From: a virus
Lineage: Duplodnaviria; Caudoviricetes
Direction: 5' to 3' (one strand)
IMG/VR virus record: IMGVR_UViG_3300028392_000067
Location: 512-64,511 of that record
DNA: 64,000 nucleotides
Below are positions 49,843 through 58,783 of this stretch, piece after piece (position 1 is the stretch's first letter; each line of letters starts with the position of its first letter). A program made the translations under genes and the position numbers. The notes under the pieces are model-generated. The model worked only from the letters and a program-made list of their open reading frames with translations, was not told where the DNA came from and made no database searches.

Positions 49843-50088
49843 ATGGCAAATTTAATCGCAGTTACGGTTCTTCAAAAGAATCAATACTCATTAGCAACAG
49901 GCGGAGTTGTATGGGCTATCCCATCAGCAGGCCTTGTGGTTGTTCCTTACACAGGTACAGTAAACGGAGTTACAGCTAACTCTTTAATTACAGTTCCTCC
50001 AACAGGATTAAACCAAAGAAGTACACAATTAATTGTTACTTCAACGGTTGCACAAGTTATTACTGCAGCAAATGCTGCACTAGCTTAG
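49843..50088 (+). CDS. small abundant structural-type protein in its own transcription unit
   Basis: 81 aa A/T/V-rich; TATATTTG promoter at 49792 and terminator at 50095. Confidence 0.65.
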   Translation: MANLIAVTVLQKNQYSLATGGVVWAIPSAGLVVVPYTGTVNGVTANSLITVPPTGLNQRSTQLIVTSTVAQVITAANAALA

Positions 50089-50094
50089 TAAATT

Positions 50095-50118
50095 AGCCCC
50101 TTATTTAGGGGCTTTTTT
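50095..50118 (+). terminator. intrinsic terminator
   Basis: AGCCCCT-TATTT-AGGGGCT + T-run. Confidence 0.75.
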
Positions 50119-50252
50119 ATTTTCTTTATAAACCGTTTTAAGGTTTTTATAAATTCTTTCAGCATCATCAATTGTTTTACCCGCACTAGCAGCCATAATA
50201 ACTGATAATCTTCTTAATTTTTTAGCAGCTTTATTATTCATTTAAATAAATT

Positions 50253-50375
50253 TTAACGTCCTTGACCTCTATATTTTTTTGGTCTTGGAGAGTGTTTGTT
50301 ATAAGATTTCTTAGCATTACCTGTTTTTTTAGAACCAAAACTAATTTTTTTTGAATCTCCTGTTATTTTTGCCAT
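50253..50375 (-). CDS. very basic 40-aa peptide ending KKYRGQGR (not in track)
   Basis: ATG 50375 to TAA 50253. Confidence 0.5.
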   Translation of the reverse strand: MAKITGDSKKISFGSKKTGNAKKSYNKHSPRPKKYRGQGR

Positions 50376-50381
50376 TATTCT

Positions 50382-50603
50382 TTATTTTTTTGTAAAATAA
50401 TCTTTGTTGATATTCCCCCCATCCATGTAATTTGGATGTACGAGTATGTCATCATCGTAAAAGTTTCTGACCATGCCACTGTCGTATAATACGACTTTCC
50501 AAACAGTGTTTGTTTGACTTCCATAGTCAATCCATGCGATTGCTTTTCCATATCCAAGTGGAGTTTCGACATCAATTATATTATTAAGTTCGTGAATATA
50601 CAT
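50382..50603 (-). CDS. hypothetical phage protein
   Basis: VETPLGYGKAIAWIDYG motif. Confidence 0.55.
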   Translation of the reverse strand: MYIHELNNIIDVETPLGYGKAIAWIDYGSQTNTVWKVVLYDSGMVRNFYDDDILVHPNYMDGGNINKDYFTKK

Positions 50604-50971
50604 TAAAATGGAGTTTCTATTGTTTCAAAATCATTATTATCTTGTTGATTCAATTTATTCGAAAGTAACTGAATATTAGTTACACGCAAAGATAATTGAG
50701 GAACAATTTCATTTGTAGTTTGATTTCTATATGTTTTTGCTTCTGGAACACCTTCTGCATAAATTTGAGTTCCTTTTTTTAAATACAAAGATACATTAGT
50801 TTTATCAGTCCAATAAGCACAACTTACCCATACTGATTTGTTTACTTCTGCTCCTTCTTTGTTTTTAAATTTTTCGGAATGTGCAACAGAAAAATTAATT
50901 ACTGTTTTGCCATTTACATTGTTTACTGTAGCATCCTGGCCTAAATGACCGATAACTTGTAATTTAATCAT
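50603..50971 (-). CDS. ssb: single-stranded DNA-binding protein
   Basis: IGHLGQDA...FSVA...LKKGT..Y.EG; acidic tail ending PF. Confidence 0.9.
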   Translation of the reverse strand: MIKLQVIGHLGQDATVNNVNGKTVINFSVAHSEKFKNKEGAEVNKSVWVSCAYWTDKTNVSLYLKKGTQIYAEGVPEAKTYRNQTTNEIVPQLSLRVTNIQLLSNKLNQQDNNDFETIETPF

Positions 50972-50990
50972 TGTTTTGTTTTTTTAATTA

Positions 50991-52853
50991 TTAAAATATT
51001 ACTTCTTCTCCGTTTTCATCTTTGTATGGAAGCCAAGATTGACTAGCTTCTTTGCGTTTCCAAAAATCCATTTTTTTAGAATTCAACAAATCCTGCAATA
51101 TATCCCTTCCTTCTATAAAAAATCTTCTTCTTTCCCAAACATAATCAAGCATCATAAATCCTTTCCTACCAACACTTTTCTTTTTAATCTTTTTAGAATG
51201 AAATTCTGCCAATGGATTGTTTGGATCTGTCTGAGCAAATGGTCTATGATAAACTAAAATATTATCCATTTTATTTGACCACATAGCACCATCATTAATA
51301 TCAAAAACATCAGGGCATTTATAGTTACCAGTTCTATCTCTTTCCATTAATTTAGGGTGAGCAATAATCCAAAAATAAACATCATTTTTTCTAGCAAACC
51401 TTGAAAAATCAGCTAATAATGTTTCAAGATATTTATCAGTTCTACCACCATAACCTTTATAATCATTTGTCATTTGATTAAAAGGATCAATACAACAGTA
51501 ATCAACTTTTTCTTGTACTATCAATTCTAAAAATTTTTCTTTGATATATTGCGGAGTTGGAGATAGCATTTCGGCACTTATATAAAAAATATGTTTAGAA
51601 ACAAAATCATATGCTGCCTCATATATATCATCAGATGGTCTATTAGGATTATAAGGTGTACATTCGCAACCTAATAGCATCTCAACATAATCATGAAAAT
51701 ATTCTTCAGCAGGTACATCCTCTGGTGAAAATGTAGCAATTTTTTCTCCAAACATTACCATTCTCATTAGTAATTGAGCTTTTTGCCATGCTGTTTTTCC
51801 ATAGTTTCCTATACCAGTAAGTAATGTAATTTCACCTCTTTTTGGTTTAAATAAATAATCTATTTGTGGAATTCCAATTCCTAATACTTTATCAAAACCA
51901 TTTTGATTGATATATAATGCTCTATCTTTTACATCAATTCCATATACCACATCTTCAACTCTATAACTCTCTCCAACCTCTTCGGTAAATTCTTTTTTAA
52001 CATCAATTTCGTAATTGGTAGTTTTACTTACAAGCTTCTCCTTTTGAATTGAAGCAGTACCAAAATTATTCTTATTTGCTCTATATCCACTCTTAACAGC
52101 ACTCCTCATTTCAGACATTGTAAAATCATTGCTAACAGTATATTCTGTAGATATTAAACCTAATGCTGATTCTTCTCCAATACCAAATCTACAACAAGCT
52201 GAGGCTAACTTAAAAATATAAGTGTTTCTCTCACCAGTAACAAATGCATCGTTCTTGTTTGTCAACCATTTCAAAATCCTACGAAAGTTCTCTGAATCAT
52301 CTAAATTCTCATTTTCAGAAACTATTACCTTTTCAATTTTCTTTGCTTTTGTAAAAACATCAGCATTTTCGTTTATGTAAATATCAGGATCAAAACTCTC
52401 ATAGCAAACCCTACTTACATTAATTCCACTTCGGTCAATTTCAGGGAAAACATCCTGAAGCGACTGAAAATGTTCTCTATGTTTTTTACCATCCGCAATT
52501 TTAACTAATGCTTTTAAACCATTACCAGATGGACTAACCCAACAAGCATAAACAAATTTATTAGAAATTATTTCAGTTTGCTTATCTCTTAATTCAGAAA
52601 TATCATCAAAATCAAGCACAATAAAACCACTATGCTCAATAAGCTGTTCATCTTTCCTATCTGCTCCAAATTTACCACTAAAGCATATTGATGGCAGATT
52701 TAACTTCAATTTGTTAGCTTTTTCTTTATCCAAAGCCAATCTAATATCCATTACCAACTGCTTACTTGCACCTAATTTTATCCTTTCAAGTGCCTTTTCA
52801 ACGGTTATAAAATGCGGTTCTTTGCTAAAAATGTTTTTAAAAATTGTAATCAT
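50991..52853 (-). CDS. primase-helicase (BT4734/VirE-N-like domain, PriCT, SF4-like helicase)
   Basis: LDFDD, SPSGNGLK, GERN...LA; GIGNYGKT Walker A, IDPFN, AHPK. Confidence 0.8.
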   Translation of the reverse strand: MITIFKNIFSKEPHFITVEKALERIKLGASKQLVMDIRLALDKEKANKLKLNLPSICFSGKFGADRKDEQLIEHSGFIVLDFDDISELRDKQTEIISNKFVYACWVSPSGNGLKALVKIADGKKHREHFQSLQDVFPEIDRSGINVSRVCYESFDPDIYINENADVFTKAKKIEKVIVSENENLDDSENFRRILKWLTNKNDAFVTGERNTYIFKLASACCRFGIGEESALGLISTEYTVSNDFTMSEMRSAVKSGYRANKNNFGTASIQKEKLVSKTTNYEIDVKKEFTEEVGESYRVEDVVYGIDVKDRALYINQNGFDKVLGIGIPQIDYLFKPKRGEITLLTGIGNYGKTAWQKAQLLMRMVMFGEKIATFSPEDVPAEEYFHDYVEMLLGCECTPYNPNRPSDDIYEAAYDFVSKHIFYISAEMLSPTPQYIKEKFLELIVQEKVDYCCIDPFNQMTNDYKGYGGRTDKYLETLLADFSRFARKNDVYFWIIAHPKLMERDRTGNYKCPDVFDINDGAMWSNKMDNILVYHRPFAQTDPNNPLAEFHSKKIKKKSVGRKGFMMLDYVWERRRFFIEGRDILQDLLNSKKMDFWKRKEASQSWLPYKDENGEEVIF

Positions 52854-53548
52854 TATTCAGAAATTGGTTTATAAGCCATTCTAGCGGCCTCTAATTGTTG
52901 TTGGTAAGGGTTATTATTATTTTGCTGAGAAACTGTCTTATTTGGCTTCCTAATGGCATCTAACACCCATCTTCGTATGGTTAGGTAATCAGATTTTGTA
53001 GAATACGATTTTTCAACCTTATAAGATGATAAAAATTCATAAGCTTTTTCAATCGTATCTTTTCCAAATTCAGAAACAAGTTTTTGATTTTCATCTTCAG
53101 TCAAAAGAACATTATCTTTATATTTTATTTTCTTTTCCTTTACTTTTATTTCCTTTCCTTTCCTTTCCTTTTTAGCATTGCCTTCGGATAGCGTTTGCAA
53201 TGCGTTCGCATTTTCCCATCTATAACTAGCTGATTTTCTTGCACTTTCACTTTTGTTATTTCTTTGATCTAATCTTTCTTGAACAGAATTACTACCAAAA
53301 AAATCACCATTAAAAATAAACAAATCAAAATCATTTACTACGGATGCAACAATTTCGCAATCCGACCTTAAATCATACGCAATACCTTCGTAATCCGTTC
53401 GCAATGCGTTCGCATTATTATATAAATCTTCAACTATAGACCAAAATATACCATAGCCAATCATGCCATGTTTTCTTATTAGCCTTTTTATCTTCTCATC
53501 ATTACGAGCATTATAGTCGTGTGAGAAGTAGAATGTATCTTTTGGCAT
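52853..53548 (-). CDS. replication initiator (DUF4373/Lin1244-like wHTH)
   Basis: YFSHD.NARNDEKI...GYGIFW..VE.L; internal repeats. Confidence 0.75.
   Translation of the reverse strand: MPKDTFYFSHDYNARNDEKIKRLIRKHGMIGYGIFWSIVEDLYNNANALRTDYEGIAYDLRSDCEIVASVVNDFDLFIFNGDFFGSNSVQERLDQRNNKSESARKSASYRWENANALQTLSEGNAKKERKGKEIKVKEKKIKYKDNVLLTEDENQKLVSEFGKDTIEKAYEFLSSYKVEKSYSTKSDYLTIRRWVLDAIRKPNKTVSQQNNNNPYQQQLEAARMAYKPISE
53197..53416. repeat. iteron-like 16-bp direct repeats GCAATGCGTTCGCATT (53197-53212, 53401-53416); putative origin
   Basis: exact repeat with internal dyad inside the initiator gene. Confidence 0.5.
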
Positions 53549-53557
53549 TTGATTATC

Positions 53558-53752
53558 TTAATCGTTAACTAAATCGGTTTTCAAAGCTTCGTTAATACGA
53601 GCAATTTCTGCATCTGTAAATAATAATTTACCCTGCATCTTACGAGATAATTCCGATTCTGGTATCTTTGCATTTAATGAAAGCCAACGCTGCGTGCGAC
53701 CATCAAGAGCTTCCTTTATCTGCTGATGGATTTTCAAAGTCTTAAATTCCAT
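53558..53752 (-). CDS. XRE/Cro-like HTH regulator
   Basis: TQRWLS..AKIPESELSRKMQG; likely start 53752. Confidence 0.7.
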   Translation of the reverse strand: MEFKTLKIHQQIKEALDGRTQRWLSLNAKIPESELSRKMQGKLLFTDAEIARINEALKTDLVND

Positions 53753-53877
53753 ATAAATTTTATTGATGAACCACAAAAATAGTTGTTAAATTAATACAAC
53801 CAAATAATTTTTAACTTTTTTTTAAAATAATTTTGTGATTTAATTAATTTAATTAATTTTGTGTAAATATTATAAAA

Positions 53878-54294
53878 ATGGATGTAAGACCTACAACTAA
53901 AGATGCTTACGAAATAATTAAACAAAATGGTCTTTTAAGCAATACTAGGTTTATTGTTTATGAAATATTATGTAAATATGGTCCATTAACAGCAAATGAA
54001 ATGAGAATGTATGCATCTAAAGATGTTAATTCTGGAGTTTTTTCAACCAGGTTAAGTGAGTTAGAAAGAATGGGAGTTATAAATACTATTGGGAAAAGAA
54101 TATGTAAAACAAGTGGTTATAATGCTTTGCTTTGGGATGTAAATAATAACATGCCAATTAAATTAGAAAAAGAATTAACTAAAAATGAAAAAAAGAAAAA
54201 AATTCTTAATCTAATAAAAGAATTAGGTATTATTATTGATATTAAATGGAAAGAACCATTACGTAATATTTATAAAGAGATTGAAAAATTATAA
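53878..54294 (+). CDS. winged-helix DNA-binding protein
   Basis: GPLTANE...STRLSELERMG.I...GKR.C..SG. Confidence 0.65.
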   Translation: MDVRPTTKDAYEIIKQNGLLSNTRFIVYEILCKYGPLTANEMRMYASKDVNSGVFSTRLSELERMGVINTIGKRICKTSGYNALLWDVNNNMPIKLEKELTKNEKKKKILNLIKELGIIIDIKWKEPLRNIYKEIEKL

Positions 54295-54612
54295 TAATTA
54301 AAATATATAAAAATATGAATTTTATTTTAGGAATTTTATGTGTAATTGGTTTTGCTGCTATTAGCAGTTATATTTATGTTTATAATGATACAAATGAAGA
54401 AAAATGAATATAATATTAATAATATTAGCTTGGGAAATTTTAAAAGTAATTATAAATAAAATAATAAAAAGCCAATTATAATGGAAAATAAAGAATTAAT
54501 ATACGACATGGCTAGAAGATTAGATATGATTATTGAAGTATGGAAACAAGGTAAGTATATTGGTAAATTTAGATTTATTAATGACAAATTGCACAAATTA
54601 AAAGAAGAATAA

Positions 54613-54825
54613 ATGGATTGTTATAAAGATAAAGCTGTTGGAGTTATAACTAAATTTTATATGGCTTACACAAAAGTACCATATGAAGAAAGATTTAAAA
54701 TTGCTAAAAGAAGGTCATTAGAATATTTGCATAAAATGCATGATCAAAGTAATAATGATATAGAAAAAAAATATTACGAAAGTATATTATTTTATGTAAA
54801 GAAAATTAAAATTAAAAATGCGTAA
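54613..54825 (+). CDS. hypothetical protein
   Basis: 70-aa ORF. Confidence 0.45.
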   Translation: MDCYKDKAVGVITKFYMAYTKVPYEERFKIAKRRSLEYLHKMHDQSNNDIEKKYYESILFYVKKIKIKNA

Positions 54826-55363
54826 TAGTACAATTATTGTAAAGAAAAAAAGATGTGTTAATTGTGGTAAAATAGATTATCATTTTTCAAAAAAAATGTG
54901 TAAACAATGCGCTACAATACATTCAACACAAAAAAGGATTGATGAATTTGAAGATGATACAGAAAGTTTTCAAAACCTTGTCCAGGATTTAGATGCAATA
55001 TTTAGCCAATACATTCGTTGTAAGTATGCGGATAAAGAAGGTATGGTTGAATGTTTCACATCAGGTAAAAAATACCATTGGACTAAAATACAAAATGGTC
55101 ATTTCATACCAAGAGCAAATTTAGGCACAAGATGGATGGAAGCAAATTGCAGACCACAATCAGAACATGATAATTGTTTACTATCAGGCAATTTAGAAGT
55201 ATTTGAAAAAAATCTTGAAAAAGAACATAAAGGCATAGTTGATTATTTACAAGAAACAGCAAGACAAATAGCTAAACCAACTAGAGAAGAATTAAAACAT
55301 TTGATTATTGAATATAGATCAAAGTTATCTTTAATTAAAAGTAAATTTATTAATAAAAATTAG
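54818..55363 (+). CDS. ninG: NinG/Rap-like recombination endonuclease
   Basis: LDAIFSQYIR...CFTSG...NGHFIPR...TRW..NCRPQ...N. Confidence 0.75.
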   Translation: MRNSTIIVKKKRCVNCGKIDYHFSKKMCKQCATIHSTQKRIDEFEDDTESFQNLVQDLDAIFSQYIRCKYADKEGMVECFTSGKKYHWTKIQNGHFIPRANLGTRWMEANCRPQSEHDNCLLSGNLEVFEKNLEKEHKGIVDYLQETARQIAKPTREELKHLIIEYRSKLSLIKSKFINKN

Positions 55364-55465
55364 TTTGTTTATAATTAATATTTTAAAATTATGTAATAAA
55401 ATTATAATGAATTCGGTAAAATTCCGAATTGTTCACAAAAATGTGAACTTTTAAATAAAATTAAT

Positions 55466-55524
55466 AAAAAGCCCCTCGTAGAAACGAAGGGCGAGATTAA
55501 ACCGTTAACACTTATTGCAAATGA
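55466..55524 (-). ncRNA. candidate ~55-60 nt small RNA
   Basis: TATATTTG promoter (55529-55536, -) followed by hairpin 55471-55492 and T5, with no ORF between. Confidence 0.45.
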
Positions 55525-55603
55525 AAAACAAATATACAAAAAATACTTAAATATATTTTTTTAATTAAATTAATTAAATTAATTTTGACAAAAAATAAAA
55601 CAC

Positions 55604-55801
55604 ATGGCAAGAGACATTAGCCCAGATTCAGTAAGCAGTAAAGTGGGCAAATTAGAAATTAATGAAACTGCATCATTTAGTAACCCATATACATCTGTTA
55701 CTGTAATGGTTTCGATGTTAAAACGTAAGAAAGACCATAAAGACAAGATTTTTAAAATAAGAATAAAAGATGATGTAACTACTGTGATTAGAATTAAATA
55801 A
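55604..55801 (+). CDS. small putative DNA-binding protein
   Basis: 65 aa, TAATTTTG promoter at 55580. Confidence 0.55.
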   Translation: MARDISPDSVSSKVGKLEINETASFSNPYTSVTVMVSMLKRKKDHKDKIFKIRIKDDVTTVIRIK

Positions 55802-55811
55802 AACAATATAT

Positions 55812-56213
55812 ATGCACATTCAAACCGTTAACTACACTAGAACATTTAATTTGGGAAATTATTCATCTGAAAAAATTGGTGTTGAATTTTCCCTTAATGA
55901 AGGAGAATCTGCTACTAAAGCTCTTGATTATGCAAGAGAGTTAGTTGAAGAATACCATGCTGAAAATGTAAAAAGACAAAAAGAACTTTATGATGAAAAT
56001 GTTGGAGAATCATTGTATAAGATTTTAGGTAGTTCTGGCACTTCAGATAAAAATGAAGTAATCCCAACTCAATCAAAGCAGACATTAGCTGAAAAAACAA
56101 AATCATTTATTGATTTATGTAAAAACAAAGAAGAATTAAAAGCCTGGGAATTAATGAGTAGAAGCAATCCAGATTTACTAGAACACTATAATAATAAACT
56201 TAAAACACTTTAA
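55812..56213 (+). CDS. hypothetical recombination-region protein
   Basis: TFNLGNYSSEKI motif. Confidence 0.55.
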   Translation: MHIQTVNYTRTFNLGNYSSEKIGVEFSLNEGESATKALDYARELVEEYHAENVKRQKELYDENVGESLYKILGSSGTSDKNEVIPTQSKQTLAEKTKSFIDLCKNKEELKAWELMSRSNPDLLEHYNNKLKTL

Positions 56214-56215
56214 CT

Positions 56216-56938
56216 ATGCAATGGGAAAACACACACATTAGATCAAGTTCTGTAGGTTATTTAATGACTGAACCTGTAACAAAAGCTGATAAAGAAGCTG
56301 GATTATTATCTAAAACAGCTCAAAAACATTTATTAGATGTTTATATAGCTGAAAAGTATGGACGTAAAAAAGACATACAAACTAAACAAATGAAAAAAGG
56401 TATAGAAGTAGAACAAGAGTCTATTGAATTACTTTCTATGTACTTAAAAATGCCATTTAGCAAAAATGACCAAAGGTTTACCAATGATTATATAACTGGG
56501 TTTCCAGATATTATTGATAATGATAGAATAATAGATATTAAGTCTAGTTATGATCTTTGGACATTTATTGGTAATATACCAGATAAATTAGATAGTTTAT
56601 ACTATTGGCAAATGCAATCATATATGTGGTTAACTGGAGCAACTAGTGCTGTTATTGCTTATTGTTTAGTTAATACACCAGAAAGCATTATTGAACAAGA
56701 AAAATATTATTTGCTTAAAAAAATGGATGTTATTTCAGAAGAAAGTCCTGAGTATGTAAAAGAAGCAATGAAAATAGAGTTTAACATGTCTTTTGATGAT
56801 ATTTCTATTAATGAAAGAGTATTAATGTTTAATGTTAAAAGAAATGAAGATGATATATTAAGAATTCAACAAAAAGTAGAAAAAGCAAGAGAGTTTTTAA
56901 GAGAATTAGAACAAACACATTTAAACTTTAATAAATAA
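56216..56938 (+). CDS. YqaJ/lambda-exonuclease-like PD-(D/E)XK nuclease
   Basis: RSSS.G.LM, KG..VE, G.PD...IDIKSS, YYWQMQ.YM. Confidence 0.8.
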   Translation: MQWENTHIRSSSVGYLMTEPVTKADKEAGLLSKTAQKHLLDVYIAEKYGRKKDIQTKQMKKGIEVEQESIELLSMYLKMPFSKNDQRFTNDYITGFPDIIDNDRIIDIKSSYDLWTFIGNIPDKLDSLYYWQMQSYMWLTGATSAVIAYCLVNTPESIIEQEKYYLLKKMDVISEESPEYVKEAMKIEFNMSFDDISINERVLMFNVKRNEDDILRIQQKVEKAREFLRELEQTHLNFNK

Positions 56939-57857
56939 TGACACATGGAAGTTTATTCAGTGGGATTGGTGGATTTGATTTGGCAGCAGAATGGATGGGA
57001 TGGGAAAATATATTTCATTGTGAGTGGAATCCATTTGGACAAAAAGTTTTAAAACATCATTTCCCAAATTCAATAAGTTATAATGACATTACTAAAACAG
57101 ACTTCTCTATTCACAAAGGAAACATTGACATCATTACAGGAGGATTCCCATGCCAACCATACTCAACAGCAGGGAAACGAAAAGGGAAAGCCGATGAAAG
57201 ACATCTCTTTCCTGAAATGCTACGAGTTATTAAAGAAATACAACCCAAATGGATTATTGGGGAAAACGTTCGTGGACTTGTTAGTTGGGGGGGGGATTGG
57301 TATTCGAAGAGGTGTGTGCTGACTTGGAAGGGCAAGATTATGAAGTACAATCGTTTATTATTCCTGCTGCAAGTGTCAACGCACCGCACAGAAGGGATAG
57401 AATCTGGTTTATTGCTCACTCCAACAACAAGGGAAGAGGTGCAAGACTTAGAGAAGTTTCAAAAGAGAATGGAGAAATACCCGAATGGGACAACAATGCC
57501 AAATCTAGCAACTCAAGTAATGAATTTACTACCAACTCCTTCAGCATTCGATTGGAACACAGCTCAAAGACAAGAGAAATACAAAATTCGGAAGGAAGTT
57601 CAGAAACAAAAAGGGATAAGCCTTCATTATCCACTAAAACAAATGGTAATGGATATAAATCCAAGTGGAAAAACTTCCCAACTATCTCCCCAATTTGTTC
57701 TGGAAATGATGGGATTCCCAAAAAACTGGACGGAATTACCTTTTCAAAATGGAGACAAGAATCAATAAAAGCAGCAGGAAATGCAATAGTTCCACAAGTA
57801 GCTTATGAAATTTTTAAAACAATAAAAAAAATGGAACTAAATGAATCAAGAAGTTAA
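56938..57857 (+). CDS. DNA C5-cytosine methyltransferase, alpha chain, requiring -1 shift at G9 (57287-57295)
   Basis: motifs I (LFSGIGG), IV (GFPCQ), VI (ENV) in 0 frame; VIII (PHRRDR) and X (GNAIVPQVA) in -1 frame. Confidence 0.75.
57340..57768 (+). CDS. overlapping-frame methyltransferase beta chain (TRD/motif IX-like)
   Basis: LLPTPSAFDW...LSPQFVLEMMGFPKNWT, in a frame different from motifs VIII/X. Confidence 0.55.
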   Translation: MKYNRLLFLLQVSTHRTEGIESGLLLTPTTREEVQDLEKFQKRMEKYPNGTTMPNLATQVMNLLPTPSAFDWNTAQRQEKYKIRKEVQKQKGISLHYPLKQMVMDINPSGKTSQLSPQFVLEMMGFPKNWTELPFQNGDKNQ

Positions 57858-58203
57858 TAATGGTGCTAATATAATAAATGCCATACAAAATATGAAAATG
57901 GCACAAGAACAATTTTTAGATTTTACAAGACAATATCCACACTCTGCTGGTTCTAGATTATTTAAAAAATATTCAGATAAAATAGATTGGATATTTTCTG
58001 ATATTATAACGCACCCATTTTTAACAAAAGAAGTTAGAGAGGGAATTAAAACAGAAATAAAAAGTGATGTTTTTGCAGTACCAGCTATTATAGAAAAAAT
58101 AGCATTATTAACTCCAGATCAAAGAGAAATGATAGAAGATACTTTAGATGCTATTTTAAATGGAGAAGAAGTAAAAATAGTAGATATTAAAGAAATAAAA
58201 TAA
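57841..58203 (+). CDS. hypothetical protein
   Basis: 120-aa ORF. Confidence 0.55.
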   Translation: MNQEVNNGANIINAIQNMKMAQEQFLDFTRQYPHSAGSRLFKKYSDKIDWIFSDIITHPFLTKEVREGIKTEIKSDVFAVPAIIEKIALLTPDQREMIEDTLDAILNGEEVKIVDIKEIK

Positions 58204-58207
58204 AATT

Positions 58208-58471
58208 ATGGCAAAGAAAAAAGCAAATATACCACAAGAAGCTAAACCATATACAGAAGGTTGTGATTTCTGTATGCAATTTGATTATGATGATATTCAT
58301 GTAATAGGAGCAAGTCCTGATGAACATGCAGCAATTGAATTAATTATTAAAGCATATCAAGATGCAGGTGTAACATTTGTATGTCCAAATACAGGTAAAA
58401 AATTAAGAATATTTGCTAGACCATTATCAGATGCAGGTAAAAAAATATTAGAAGATCAATCTAAAACATAA
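58208..58471 (+). CDS. hypothetical protein
   Basis: 87-aa ORF. Confidence 0.55.
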   Translation: MAKKKANIPQEAKPYTEGCDFCMQFDYDDIHVIGASPDEHAAIELIIKAYQDAGVTFVCPNTGKKLRIFARPLSDAGKKILEDQSKT

Positions 58472-58536
58472 GGTTTGTCCATTTAAAACCATTTAGGTTA
58501 TGCATAGCCAATGGTGTCCTTTAAAAATGGTCTCTA

Positions 58537-58608
58537 TGCTGGTTGGTGTAATTGGCAACACTACAGATTTTGATTCTGTCATTTAAGGTTCAAATCCTTA
58601 ACCAGTAA
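58537..58608 (+). tRNA. tRNA-Gln(UUG)
   Basis: TGCTGGT/ACCAGTA acceptor stem, D arm, ACAGA-TTTTGAT-TCTGT anticodon arm, TAAGG-TTCAAAT-CCTTA T arm; CCA not encoded. Confidence 0.9.
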
Positions 58609-58720
58609 CAAAAAAAATAAAAAATATGATATATATAATAATACTTATACTAATGGCAATAGCAGCATGGATTGGATATGAAATGAATAATTTCCCAATT
58701 GATGATGATGATGATTAAAT

Positions 58721-58748
58721 AAAAACCCCCAAGTAAAAACTTAGGGGT
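58721..58748 (-). terminator. intrinsic terminator
   Basis: ACCCCCAAGT/ACTTAGGGGT hairpin followed by T-run on the minus strand. Confidence 0.6.
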
Positions 58749-58783
58749 ACAATTCTAACTAAAACTATATGAAAAAAACAAAC

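Noticed and set aside
50415-50420. C6 run as a third slippage site
   Set aside because: The gene 50382-50603 reads through in frame with no evidence of a split product
57083-57721. Extra ORFs 57083-57322 (+), 57111-57419 (-) and 57416-57721 (-)
   Set aside because: No recognisable motifs; by-products of the constrained dual-coding MTase region
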